A stretch of 64,000 nt of DNA, taken from positions 186,001 through 250,000 of the forward strand of contig JALDZX010000025.1 of the NCBI GenBank assembly GCA_022813865.1. Direction: 5' to 3'. Each line of letters begins with the position of its first letter. Position 1 is the stretch's first letter. Origin of the DNA: Xylographa opegraphella (lineage: Eukaryota). The notes below the pieces were generated by a model. It worked only from the letters and a program-made list of their open reading frames with translations, ran no database searches and had not been told where the DNA came from. Below, piece after piece: positions 13,608 to 26,564 of this stretch. The position numbers and the translations under genes are program-made.

Positions 13608-13727
13608 TAGCTGTGCCACCTTTATCCGTACCCTGAATAGGTAGCGTGTGAGTGAGAAGTAAGCAAGTAGCCGTGCCACCTTCGTCTGTACCCTGAAAAG
13701 GTAGGGTGAAAGTGAGAAGCAGAAATC
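13608..13727. repeat. Diverged 60-bp tandem duplication
   Basis: tagctgtgccacctttatccgtaccctgaataggtagcgtgtgagtgagaag at 13608 versus tagccgtgccaccttcgtctgtaccctgaaaaggtagggtgaaagtgagaag at 13668. Confidence 0.85.
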
Positions 13728-13812
13728 TCATCAGTTGCTCGACGTTTAGATTGTGAAAGATGTGAGCAAGAAGCAAGTATGGCCATGGTACAGTATATGG
13801 CGTCGGGCCGCT

Positions 13813-16520
13813 TCAGGACCACTCGAGTGCTGCCTCCTTGGCCAGCCGTGCTTCCTCTTGCTCCCTAGCTCTGATCGCGATCTCCCTGTGGGGCATGCGA
13901 TCAGGCTCTTCCTTGTACCAAACTATTGAGACAGTTAGTACCAGCTCGTTCTGTCAGCTGGCTTGTAGACTTACTGGAACATCCATGGATCATGTTTGTT
14001 TCTTTGAGGAACTGGGCAATGTTGACCCTGCCGAACTGTTAGTACTTAATCTATCATTAGATGTTTCGCGCAGAGATAGAAAGATACCCTTTTCCAAACT
14101 TCTTCCCAAGACAGTTCATTGTCCCTATATGATCAAATTCCCACTTCTGTTCAAGCCAGGACTTCCGCCACTCAAGCTCTTTTTCATCCCCAAAGTGAAA
14201 GCCGACAGAGACGAGGATTTTGTGTACATCACGGGCTCCACCAATTTCATAGCACATCTTGCCGTCGTCGATAAAGTCGGTCGCTGCCTCCATCATATAG
14301 CTCTTGTCGAGCGAGGTCATCATCCTATCCATGAGAGTATTGCCGATTCCATTCTTATAATGATTAGGGTCCACAAAGAGTTGAAGTTCGACCGTGTTCT
14401 GGAACATGGTGTGCTTGCCAGCATGGTCTTCTGCATAAGCGAACCCAACGATGGTTTCAGAAGCGAAATCGCGCTGAATGTTTTCGGCGCGGGCGAAACC
14501 ATTGCGTCGGGGAAAACGGCCACGTCTACCATTCTCAACACGTCGACCTTCTCGAGCACCTGGTGCATACTTCTTCGCAGCTTTCAAGACTGCAACGAGA
14601 AAAGCTAATTTCTCATCCTCCGCGCCTTGTAAACGATTTTGCCATTCTGAATCATCCGTAGCTTCGAGCTCCAGGGCGTGCACGGTGTTTGAGATATAGT
14701 GATTGTAGAGGTGTTTGATTTGTGGGACATCTGAAAGCTGTGCGGGCCTGATGTAGATATTTGCTTTCGGGGCACGCTCGCGTCGAGATTTTTCAGCTTG
14801 TATCTTCATCTGTGCATGCTCTACACGTCGTGCGAGCTTCTCTTTCATGGCCGAGAATTTCTCCGCATAGTGTTCTCGACAAAAGTCCCTAGATAACGAA
14901 TAAGAAGTCTGGATTTGCCGTTCTGTGGTCTGCGAGTAAGGATCGCTTGGTGGCAGCGTTGGAGTTCGACTCCAGTCAACTGGACCATACTCAAGCGGCA
15001 CATGGTCTGCTATACAATCCTCTGGAAATGTTTGCCACTGTTTGGAGGTTCCCGAAGCAAGAGTATGGCCTGTGAGCCATCCAGCGTTGGAAACGTCAAG
15101 TTTGACCGGCTTATTCAAGGCTTCCATCACACGATCTAGGACCCAGCCCTCCATCCATTGCACATGTGTACGAGTGTTGTTGTTGAATTGTCCTCGCAAA
15201 TTCCATTCGATTGGTGGAGTTAGCCATTGACCATCCCAAGCGGCTAACTCGTGAAGAAGCTCCTTCTTGGGGGTTTGCTCGTGATGTCCGGTTTCACTTG
15301 GCTCTACCTTGCCATTGAACCATCTCCACCTGCCTGCCCGTCTAGCTGCGATTACGTCGGCTGTGATGTTCTTTGAATCCTCCGAACACATTGAAGAACG
15401 ATCTTCAGCCAGCTCGGCGTTGTCGTCCGGAGTTTCTTCACCTGCTGCCAATTCCTGAACAAGCTTTCCGGTTACTTCCATTTCAAGCACCGGCTGATAG
15501 TAATCCTCATTGCGCTTCACAATTTGTGCTATGGCAACTTCGGGGTCGAGAGGAACTTGCTTGGCCGCAAGTTCGGCGTTTCTCTTCACCTGTGGACCCA
15601 TGAGAATAGGTTTTGGAAGATTGCGTAGGTGTTCTGGAAGGAGATCCTCTATGCGGATCAACTTCTTTGGTGCCTTTGGCTTTGGTGCACGCGCCACAAA
15701 GATTTCTTCTTGTGATCTCTCCTTCGGTAGTCGCGGTGCGACATTCTTGACCGGTGAATCACCTGCCGTGACATGCTCAATTGCACGACCTCGAGTGTGC
15801 GGATCTTGTGTCTTTTCCAAAGTCTTCAATGCACCAGAGCCTCCTGAAGTTGATTGTTTAGAATATGATACCATTTGAGGAATGTCTGCTGTTGATTCTC
15901 CTTGTATTGTGCGTTTGGTAATTCCTCCAGTATGTACATCATGATTCGTAGTATCTTCAGATGCCTTTGTTGTCTGAATATAGGAGTCTTCGTGATCTTG
16001 CTGTTTTGATCCCGTTGCCTGGGCTGTCATCAAAACACGCAAATGTGGAGGAATGTAGGCTGGCTTTTCTTCACGGGCTCGAGACTTGATAGGTTTATTG
16101 CAAACGTTCAAGTTTTCTGCAAGCGGTGTAGTCATCACTGCTTTAGACTTAGGGATGTCAGTCATGACGTCCTTAGTATCATGGTCGGCTGAGGTTTTTG
16201 CTGGAATCCGGGACTCAGTGACACCAACTGCAATATGTGCTGCTGTGATAGCTGTAGAAGTCGAAGGGACAGAACTTTCAAATGATGGTTTTGTTGTAGG
16301 AAGATTAGAAGTTTCGTAAGCCGAATGGGAAGTGTTCTCAGATGAGAAGAAAGGTTTAGAAGACGGAGAGTTGGTAGCGCTTGAGATTTTGTGTGAATCA
16401 CTTCCCTTATCTTCAAGAACATCAGATTGTTACACAAAGTGTTAGGGGATGACGGAAAAGCCTACCTGTGCTCGCCGAAAGTGCAATGGGCTTCCTAACA
16501 CCGTACTTTTCTCTGACCAT
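13813..16520 (-). CDS. GNAT-family acetyltransferase with long disordered N-terminus (5' end uncertain)
   Basis: Main ORF 16165-14057 stays open upstream to an acceptor at 16411. Intron 16465-16411 joins it in frame to MVREKYG (ATG 16520). Two 3' introns lead to a stop at 13813. GNAT motifs IRPAQLSDVPQIKHLYNHYI, VGFAYA, VELQLFVDPNHYKNGIGNTLM. Confidence 0.75.
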
Positions 16521-16802
16521 TTCAATCGCTGCTGCTATGGCAAGGCAAGCATTGTTTCCGTTGATTCTATCAATGGTACTTACTGGCATTCCTGCCGAGA
16601 CATCGAGACAAGGAGGCATAGTGACGCTCCTCTGACGTCTTGGGAGAGAAGTTTGGCTACTTTCAAGCGACGGAGCAGTAAGGGCTATTGTCACATAAGT
16701 TTTAGATATGCATTCAAAACGGATTAGAGACGAGAATGGACGAACATACCTTGCAAGTCTGATAGAGATGCACGTCGATGGGTGCTGGGTTGTCGTGACA
16801 GT

Positions 16803-18016
16803 TCAAAGCTTGGGAAAGATCGGACTATAATTGGCGTACTCACTTCCTATATTTTGGGAGTTCTTATCAACTTCGAATTCAGGCAACAAGACAGTAGTGA
16901 CCGTACTACGTGATCGATGAAAGGGATCTGATGCAATGAAATAGAAGACGAGGTAACTTACAGTGGAAGAGAAGTGCTGAAGGTTTTGATGTTCAAGAAA
17001 ACTGAGGTGGCTGGTTTTCAGGTGAAGAGATTTAGCTTTGATTTGGTGTTCTAAGCCATGATCTTGAAGCGAAGCTGAACCCTGATTCGCCAGACAAGAT
17101 ATTGATTCACGTTCAACAGACTCAACACCGACCTCGTCAACCCAGTGAACCTTTTTGACTCCTGGTACGTAGGCGACATCCGCAATCTGTACTGACTCAC
17201 ACTTTTGTCGTCGAAAAGACTTCACGCTCTTCGACGGACTGCAGGGGACATCAATAACCTTGGCACTAGCATCGCTGGCCATGCGGTGTTGAGCCCGTTG
17301 TTTCTCATGCAGGCGACGATAGCTGCGCTTGTGCTTTGCTTTGGGGGAGTTAGCATTGCCCAAATTGGTATCCTGAAGCTTGTGGCAGGTTGTATCCGTT
17401 GATTCCAAACATTTAAGGCCAGCTTTCTCAGTCGCAGTATGCTGCATTACGGGATAGCTTCCTCGTTGCCTTGTTCCTACAACCTTCGGCGTATTCATGA
17501 CTCCAAGCCTTGCAGTCGTTTTACACAAAGTACTAGGCTCATTCCTACCAAGAATAAGGCCAATAGTATGACTCTCTGGTTCATCGTCGTTTGGACGAGC
17601 CTGCTGTGATGGTGATCCCGACAGTTTGCCCGAATGCTTTGCGCTGTCCGTCTTTTGCTTCCTCTTCTTCGAAAATCTGCCTGTCGTGTTCCTGAGAATT
17701 ATGATACTCTTTGAGATCGCAGCAGTCTTATCATGCTTCTCAACTGCTCCTTCTTGTGACGGAAGTTCTGGTGGACAATTCCCCTTATCGTTCACATCTG
17801 GGCTCTCAAGTGCGCTTTGTTCTATACCAACTGATTAGTGTGAGTAGCGTACGATACGAAGGAAGTTGACATCTTACTTTTATCTACTTCTGCAGTCCTT
17901 CCGACATTTCTGTACTTTTTGTGGTAGCGTTGTGACTTTCGCTTTCCGTTCTCTTTTTGAGACTTCTCCCTCGAATTGGCAGCAGTAACAACTTCGAGTC
18001 GATACTGTCCCTCCAT
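16803..18016 (-). CDS. Hypothetical basic, low-complexity protein (possibly upstream exons of the GNAT transcript)
   Basis: ATG 18016; intron 17877-17831 (gtaaga...ctaatcag) splices in frame into the 330-aa ORF 17795-16803. No recognisable domain. Confidence 0.45.
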
Positions 18017-18373
18017 GGTCGATATAAACGTAAGCTCCAAGATCCAGAGGTTGAGGGGCAAAAAGGAAGAATCCAGGAACCAGCTGTATCATTTGGTGTA
18101 CGAGTTACGGCGGTACCTAGTGACTTCGTCCAATGCTCCTTCTTCAATAGAAACTGTTGCAAAGACCAAGGCCCTGCATGAAAAGTGCCACTTCCGTCAA
18201 TGTGAATGCGCAAGCAAGCACAATGTACCAATGAAGTAAAGCGCTAGGGTTGGCAGATTAAGCGGGCACTAGCGCGTAAGGTTGTGTCAAACAATTGCTG
18301 CACCCAACAATAAAGTAGCCAGCTTGTGGTCGCGAGCCGGTTCGCACCATTCATTACCTCACAACAATTAAAA

Positions 18374-19166
18374 ATGTTGTCTGTTTTACGGAAAGCACGA
18401 CTGAAAGACAAGGAGATGAGAATCCTAATGCTGTGCGTAAGCGCAAAGCAGCATGTAAAGGACAAATGTTGAGCAATCTTTAGTGGTCTGGACAATGCAG
18501 GCAAAACGACTATCGTCAAAAGGATTATGAATGAGGACGTCATGACCGTGAGCCCCACGCTGGGATTCATCATCAAGACGATTGACTATGAAGGGTTGGT
18601 CGCAGCCCGCTCTCATTCACAGCACCTTCACTTACACAATAATAAAGGTACAAGCTTAACATTTGTATGGACCAATGAAAATGGCCTGCTCTGGACTGAC
18701 ACCTGAGCTCAGGGGACGTCGGAGGCCAGAAAACGCTTCGCTCTTATTGGCGGAATTACTTTGAAAAGACAGATGCGTTAATATGGGTGGTTGACGCAAC
18801 AGACCGGATCCGCGTTGATGATTGCAAAGATGAATTGGCAGGACTATTACTCGAGGAGGCGAGTGGAGTTCACAGCAACGGCCCAGATACACTAACACAG
18901 CGTAGCGATTGATGGGTGCCAGTCTGTTGGTGTTCTCGAATAAGACCGATATTGAGGATAGCATGACAGACCAGGAGATCCGGCAGGTATGAAAGCTCTG
19001 GCTGGGGTCAAGCATGGTGGACTAAGTCTGACAGGAACTTCAACTGGACCGTATCAAGACGCACAGGTGGACGATTATTCGATGCAGCGCAATAACGGGC
19101 AAGAATCTCCACGAAGGCCTGCAATGGGTTGTGCAAGATGCCAAGGACCGACTGTTCCTCTATTGA
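18374..19166 (+). CDS. ARL2: ADP-ribosylation factor-like GTPase 2 (Arl2/Cin4/Alp41)
   Basis: Six exons giving [71 protein letters not shown], ending RLFLY*. Includes a 17-nt microexon (18648-18664) and a GC-AG intron (18859-18905). Confidence 0.95.
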
Positions 19167-19651
19167 AGCCGCAGAGACATCATTTCTGAGAGGAAAGAGC
19201 GAGCCGAGATCCAAGCTTCTGAGTGGCCAGATTGATCGGGAGAATGTCGGCCCGTGCAGGGGTGGCATGTGTTCTCGAGCCTTGGCAATTGTGGGCCATA
19301 ACAATGTTGAATGCGGCTACAGAACAAAGTCCGTGTGGGCAGCGATGTGATTGACTTATCACAACACATTCGTAATACCTATTTGAATTATAAACTCATA
19401 CTAAGAAATCAAGACAATGACTCCTAGATAAACGTTGCATAATACCGTAGATATCAAAAGGTCCGCCGTCCGTGTCTCGCGGGCGGAGAGTCCCGCCCAG
19501 GGAAAAGATCTACACCATCTACGGAAGCGACCTCCCGTATCAGATTATCCGCCTGCGTTGGGACTTGACTCGTCCTCAATCCAGTCACCCTGGTAGTCGT
19601 TCGTTTCTGGGGCCGTGTATGCGCCCTGCACATCCTATTATTTCTTTGGCA

Positions 19652-22600
19652 ATGGTAGAGGCAGACGGCTCAGAGGACGTCACTGACTTCCTGCGGCGCA
19701 TCCGTGAGCTTGGGGACAAGCGGGACAGGGAAGATGAAGAACGTACTCGGAAGCTCGAAGAAGAGATCTTACAGGGTCGCAAAGAACGACAAGCTCGGAG
19801 GGCAGGTGGGGGCAATGTTTTGGCTGTGCAATGCACGATGTCGTGCTAACCTTCACCTGCAGAGCGCGCGAGGTCAATATCACCCATCAAGGATACGCCG
19901 TCCAACTCAGGAACGCCAACGTCCATACGGTCGATAGCAGATGTTCAAACCCCTCAGCGACCAGTGCAAGGCGCCAGGGAATCGGCTCCAAGTTCTCCTT
20001 CGTCTGGAATGGACAAGCAGGACGAAAGTGAGTCACGAGGTGCTCAACACTTTGACAATGCCGCGTTTCGAACACGCGACAGCGCACTCGGAAATACATC
20101 CAGATCCTCAAGCCCCTTGGCCGCGGCACTTCCGCCGACCACTGCAACTTCATTGTCACGTGCAGGAACACTTTCCTGGCAACAGAGGCCGACTTCCAGA
20201 GGCTCGACGGGTACCAAGAGTCGTCCACTTTCGGTTGTAGCTACAGAGAACAGTGCGCAGGGATCGCCGAAAGGAGCAAAAGACTTTACTCCAGCTGAGG
20301 GAAAAGAGCTTTCTCGGAATCAGATAGCTCAGTCACTTGGCTCGAAAGATCCTACATGGTTCAGACAAACTGCAGACAGAGGACTCGGATCCGCCGCGTT
20401 TCGAAAGTCACAAGGGGATATAAAACCAGATACGGCTTCGCGAGGTGGCGGTATGCGGTTGCCTGGGCTGTCAAGAGAATCCACCACTGAACCAGAAAGA
20501 CCGTCCAGCCCACAAACAGAAAGTGTCCGATCGTCTTCTCCATCTCGAGAAGGTTCTCTACGAGGCAGTTCAACTTGGAGCCAGAGGTTCACAGACTCCG
20601 GGTCAATATTATCTGCTGGCACAATCAGTTCTCCGTTGCCGACCTTAAGATCACACGTCCTCGAGCCTCCAACCACAACTTCGTCAGCTCAGCCTGTAGA
20701 ATCTCGAAGCCCAGCAATGTCACCCTCACAAGGACGTATTTCACCTGAACGGATGGACCGTCCTTCATCGCCCACTAAAGGACTAGGAGGGTTTGTGCAG
20801 AGCGCAATGCTTAAAAGGTCCGACAGCGTGAATAAGAGGTGGAGTGCACAAGCAACCCCTGGACTAAGTCGTGGGAATTCAATAGCTAGCAATCGAAATT
20901 TTCTCGATGGCCCTAACCCAAAGACAAGTACCATCTCCTCGTCCAAAGATGTAAAGGCTGGCAGTATTGGCCGCGAGACATCTCCGTTTGCTACCTCGAG
21001 GCCTGGGTCCAGCCACAGCAACGTGACCGTCAAGCCAGGCGGATTGGAGACAGATCAGTTGAAAGGCTCAGAATTTTTTAAGCCAGCTGTACCAGAATTC
21101 ACACCTGCGCCACTGGGTGGCTCAAATGAGTTAAAGGAGTCCTCCGAAGAGTCTTCAAATCGAGGTGTACCGTCAAGCCCGACTAAGTCCGCAGACTCGA
21201 AAAGGTGGAGCCCAACCAAGGCAAGCTGGCTTGAAAGTGCAATCAACAGACCAGATTCGCCTAAGCCAAAGCCGCCTCCACAACAGCCCAGCTGGATGAC
21301 GGATATCAACAAGGCGAAGCAATCACGCGCAAGTGTGGATCTGGGGAAGAGCACAAGCTTCAAGGAGGTATCTACGGGTGGTTTACTACGTTTACCACCA
21401 ACGGGGACGTCCCTCAAATCACCAAGCCTTAATGATATTCACAGCATACCGGCATTTACCGACAAAACTGTCCCTACTCCCAGTACCGGATCTGGTCGAC
21501 TTTTCAAAGCTGCATCGCCGCAGCCATCTGAACCAACTGCTCCTCAAACTCCTGACAATGACAGGACGCCGCTCGAGGAAGGTGATTTGGGCATTACTTC
21601 TCCTGTCCCGCCACTTGAAAAATCTATCCCTAGTCCGAGGAATAAACCTGTTACCAAGACAGCCACTTCAACCCTCAATGGAAAAGTAAGCCTATCACCA
21701 CCTTCAACTAAGGCAAAACCTATAACGCCCCCAAAGAGAGACTTCAGGTCAACGCTGAAACCAAGCCAAGTGCCTAAAGAAAGCGGAAAAAATGATGAGC
21801 CCGAGTTTAAGAACGTATTTGGAAAGCTGAAACGAACAGAGACGAAGAATTATGTGGCTCCAGACGAACTCAAATCGAATATCATGAGAGGCAAAGCAGG
21901 GCTTGCAGCTACAAGCGGTCCTCAAAAATCGGAACGACGTGACGAGTTTATGGAAAGTATTCTGAAGAAGAAGGAGGCAATGAAGGCAGCAGGCCCACAA
22001 GATATAAGTCGAAAAACCAGTGGTTCCAGCATCGCTCCAAGCCAGGGTTCTCCAGTACCAGAGGCGATAGCTAAACGGAGAGAGCTAGCAAGATCCGGGA
22101 GCAGTCAGAACAGCGGCTTGTCTGCGGTCAAGGGAGAACCCGCTTCCGTTGCGTCTATTCCCACAGAAGCAAAACCCACACGGGACTCAAAGACTCAGCC
22201 ACCGGAGAAGAAGACAAGTGCTCCTGCAAGACTGCAACGAAGTGATCCACCGAGCGGAGCACTAGGGGAGCGATTCATACCTGCCCTAGCGGGACTTCTG
22301 TCTCGTGGACCTCCGGTATCTGGCGGTTCGCGAGTTATGAGTCCAACCGAATTTAGAGACGAAGAAAGAACCGGGAGCTCTGATCAACCTTCTGAAGGTC
22401 CACAGCTTACGCATGCTACCAAATCAAGAGCACGAGGGCCAAAGCGTCGTCTACCTACGTCTTTAAACTCGGATGCTGGCCGGGAAACGTCTATCGGAGG
22501 GATGGATGGTAGTTTGGATCCTCGAACTCATGTCATTCTAGCATCGCCCGAAGTCAAGAAGTCGTCTGTCAAGCCAGAGCTATCTACAAAACCTAACTCA

Positions 22601-24692
22601 TTACCACTTTCAAATACTTCCAATAACATTAACAAACAGCCGCAACCACAAATTCCTTTCAGACCTAGTACTCCTCTCGAGAATGCCACAATCAACGATG
22701 CTAGAGAGTTACCTAAAATTCCTACAAGCTCAACAACAGATTTCTGGTCGACCAAACCCAAACCATCACCGCCATCCAAACCTGAACATGCCGGAAAACA
22801 AGAACCAATATCAGAGAAGCCCCTCGATAGTCCTGGCGAAAATACAGCAACAAAATATCCGACACCCGGACATGTAGCATCCGCTCATTCTGCTGCCTTT
22901 GTGGATCCCTTGGTGAAGGAGCGAGAACTCGAGGAGGAAACGAGTGTATCTGTACTTGGTGCTGCTGCGCGTTGGGGCGCGACCTCCGAGCAGCGTCCTC
23001 AGCGAGCACGATCACCGATCAAGCTACCCACTCGCAAAGACGAAGAAGCCGCTATGAAACAAGCGGGCCTCAATGAGAAGAATGCCCAGGATCCTATCGG
23101 TTTAGGTATCCACACTTTGCCGGACGAAATTGTATCTGCAAGGACACCCAGCCATAATCTCCCGTCACCGCCACTGAAATCGCCCAAATCTCCTCCATTA
23201 CCTGCCAAGAAGCCTGCCTCTATAGCCAGCAGGATAGTATCCAATGGCACTGTGAGCACACCACCCCAGGCAAGCGTTACATCTCCAGTACCACACACTT
23301 CCGAAGCAATTCGCCTATTCACAGACTTCTTTGACGAAGCTCCCAGTTTCAAGTCGAAGATTGATATCGACACTCAAGCGATCATGGCTTCGCGATTTTC
23401 CCCTGAGAAGGCCGGCAAAATCAAAACTCTCCGAAAACAAATCTGGGAAGTGACCAGTTATGGTAAACGACTTCCAATCCCCTCTCAACAGGAGCACATC
23501 CTCTTCGAGGACAGCATGTACCTTTGCTCCCACGTTTTCGGATCTCCAAGTGGCAAGCGAACAACTGAAGTCTACCTCTGGTGTGGTGATGGCATGTCGC
23601 CTTCGGCCATTGAAGACGTTCAGGTCTTCTCCCGAAACGTGGCCAAAGAAGCTGGCGGAAAACTCATCGTCCTCAGCCAAGGCAAGGAGAGCTCCAACTT
23701 CTTCGAAGCCCTCGGTGGTATTGTGATTACTCGCCGCGGAGGAAGTGGTCTCTCGGAAAGCTCCTCCAGTGCTTCGGCGACATACATGCTCTGCGGGCGT
23801 CGCCATATGGGTCAGATCGCATTCGACGAGGTCAAGTTTTCGAGGGATAGCTTGTGCAGTGGCTTTCCCTACATCGTGTCCGCTACCTCTGGTCGGCTCT
23901 ACCTATGGAAAGGCAAAGGCTCTTGTGCCGATGAGCTGGGTTGCGCACGCCTCATCGGCATGGACCTTGGTCTCACCGGTGAGATTGAGGAGATCGATGA
24001 GGGCAAGGAACCAGCGTCATTCTGGGATGCGTTTCCAGGCAGACCCGGCAAGGCACAATCACCAGGTTCGGGCGGTCACTGGCACTTGAAGCCCAACTGT
24101 GAGAAGTATGCCGTTCGGCTCTTCAGCGTCGACCTCGAGACTCGGCCCAAATCGAGCTCGTCGGGGTACATGAACATGTGGGGTCGTCGAAGCAGCACGC
24201 CGCTGCTCGAGGAAGCCGCTACCACGGTCGTGCGCGAGGTGGTGCCTTTTGCGCAGAGGGATTTGTATGACGGGGGAGTGTTTGTGTTGGATGGCTTCTT
24301 CGAGGTTTGGATGTATGTCTCCCTCGCCGAAAGATTCTTTTTCGTATCTTTTAGCACTTTCCTTTATCGTCTCCCTAATCCCCGCCTCCTTTTCTGCCCT
24401 CTGAGCACATAACTCCCCATCTAACACCCCTCCCAGCATCCTCGGCCGCCACGCCACCTCCAAGCTGCCCACCTTCCGCACCGCGCTGCACTTCGCGCAG
24501 GAGTACGGCATCCTTGCCGCCTCGATGGAAGACCGCCCCTTCGTGCCCGTCAGCCACGTCGTGCTGGCCGGCACCCCGCCAGGCATGCAGACCGCCTTCC
24601 GCAAGTGGGACGACCGCCGCGCCATCACCCAGGACGCCAAGGGCGTGCTGACCGTGCCGCTGAACGCCGCGCTGGAAGTCCTCGGTGGCTGA
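19652..24692 (+). CDS. Large Ser/Pro-rich protein with C-terminal gelsolin/villin-like repeats (DUF4045-type)
   Basis: Exons 19652-19805, 19863-24312, 24437-24692. N-terminal FLRRIRELGDKRDREDEERTRKLEEEILQGRKER; gelsolin-like VYLWCG, QGKESSNFFEALGG, LYLWKGKG, VLDGFFE. Confidence 0.85.
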
Positions 24693-25149
24693 AGGTTGCT
24701 GGAGGGTGTTGGGGGTTTTCGTTGGGCGGGCGGGTTTGTACGGGGTTACGTATATGAAGGGTGGCGTGGAGGGTGTAAGCAACGAGGAATGGGTCCGTGT
24801 ATACGACGAGGATAGGGCTTCGTGTATATTCAAAGACCACCCCACCGTGGGGGCCAGACGCTTCGCGAACATGTCGCCCCGGCGGAGGAAACACTCTCTC
24901 TCTCTCCTAAGGCACTTACCAACTCCTCGGCAGCGCTGCGAACAGCGCCTTCTGGGAGGACATGGGGGGGAGGGATGCAGAGCGCAAGGTGTATTTATAG
25001 ACAGGCTCTAGCTGGCTGTACCATCGCAACGGAGCGGGGAAAAAAGTCCATTCCCATTCCATTCCATTTAACAGCCATGTATAGAACGTCTCCATGCTTT
25101 CTCGTCCGCGACTTCCCACTTCCCATTTCCCCAACCCGACTCGCCCACC

Positions 25150-25884
25150 TCACAAGAACTTGTTCACCACCGAATCGATCTCGCCGTCCATCGCGGCCGG
25201 CACGCCCTCCTTGCTCGCGATCATGTTGACCCCTGCGTTGGCGGATGAGTTGTTAGCGTTTGTGCTTCTGCTTCTGCTTCCGCGCCATAGCACCCACACA
25301 CGGACTCGTACTCGTACGCATGGTGTAGAAGCGCAGAGCGAGTAGCGTAACGTACCTTCGTCCAAGAAATTGCCGCCTCCCATCCCGCCTTGCTGTTGGG
25401 TGCCAGAGCCTCCGCCGCCGCTGCCGCCCATCATGCCTTCGAGCTTGCCCATCATGCCGCCGCCGCTGTTGTTGTTGCCGCCCATGGACTGGTTACCGCC
25501 CATAGATTGGTTTTCGCCCATACCTTGACCACCACCCATCATGCCCTCCAACTTACCCATCATCCCACCGCCTTCTGCACTGCTATTGTTGCCGCCCATA
25601 CCTCCACCGCTCTGCTGCCCGTACCCGCCGCCCATCCCTTCGCTTTGTTGGCCGTATCCGCCCCCACCACCCATGCCGCCGCCGCTCTGCTGGCCGTATC
25701 CTTCACCCCCACCCATGCCTCCCACCCCTTCGTTCTGCTGCTCATATCCTCCGCCCATGCGCTCACCCATGCCCCCGCCGCTTTGCTGATCGTATCCGCC
25801 CTCGCCCTGCTGCCCATACGCTCCTCCTCCGCCCTGCTGTCCCTCGTCGGCGTACCCGCCGCCCTGGTTATCGTACCCGGACAT
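25150..25884 (-). CDS. Gly/Gln/Met-rich hydrophilic small protein (stress/LEA-like or prion-like)
   Basis: ATG 25884; repeats GGYGQQSGGGMG and GGMMGKLEGMMGG; intron 25355-25233 (gtacgt...gctaac...gcag); final exon GVNMIASKEGVPAAMDGEIDSVVNKFL. Confidence 0.8.
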   Translation of the reverse strand: MSGYDNQGGGYADEGQQGGGGAYGQQGEGGYDQQSGGGMGERMGGGYEQQNEGVGGMGGGEGYGQQSGGGMGGGGGYGQQSEGMGGGYGQQSGGGMGGNNSSAEGGGMMGKLEGMMGGGQGMGENQSMGGNQSMGGNNNSGGGMMGKLEGMMGGSGGGGSGTQQQGGMGGGNFLDEGTLRYSLCASTPCVRVRVRVWVLWRGSRSRSTNANNSSANAGVNMIASKEGVPAAMDGEIDSVVNKFL

Positions 25885-26564
25885 GCTCGCCGTGCGTTAG
25901 AAGCGGGGAGTGAGGCGTCGGGAGAGGGGGACAGTGAGCAGGCGGCCTGGTGGAGATGGAAGATTGGGTATTGAATACGAGTGAGGGGGTGGTTGCGGTT
26001 GTTGTCGTGGGATGGAATGTGAGGTGGTGGAATGTGAGATTGTGGATGGATGGTGGGTGAGAGGTGCAGTGATGTAGGAAGGTAGTCTATTTAGTCCGTC
26101 TGTGAAGGAAGCTTCCATGACGGCGTTAGGGTGGGGGGTGGTGGTCAAAAGCTTGGTTTTCGCGGGATGCGGGGGTGGTGGTTGGTGGGGTACCTTAGGG
26201 ACGGACTAGAGTGCAACGTCAGCCCAGGGACGGGAGAGATCGATCTTGGAGATCGATCTGGATGGCCGCTTTGGGGGGAGCGAATTCGGCACTCTCTTCC
26301 CGAGTAGGTATATTCCTCGTGGTGGAAATAGAGAGTGATGTGACTTGTGGCAGTGGGAATTGACTCTCGGTCAGAAAACGGCGGGGAAGATTTGTCTTCT
26401 GATGTAAACACAAGCACTAGCCACGAGTCTCGAATACTGTAGCAGACCTCACTCGCACCTTCTTGGCAATGAGTCTGCAAATTGTGGTGATACATGACTC
26501 CTGTGGAGAGCAATCGACAAGGCCCGTAAACTCCAACGCTATGCTCCATGAAATCCTCCGACCC

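Noticed and set aside
11220..13727. Short tandem repeats as a CRISPR-like array
   Set aside because: Eukaryotic context, no spacers, only 2-3 contiguous units.
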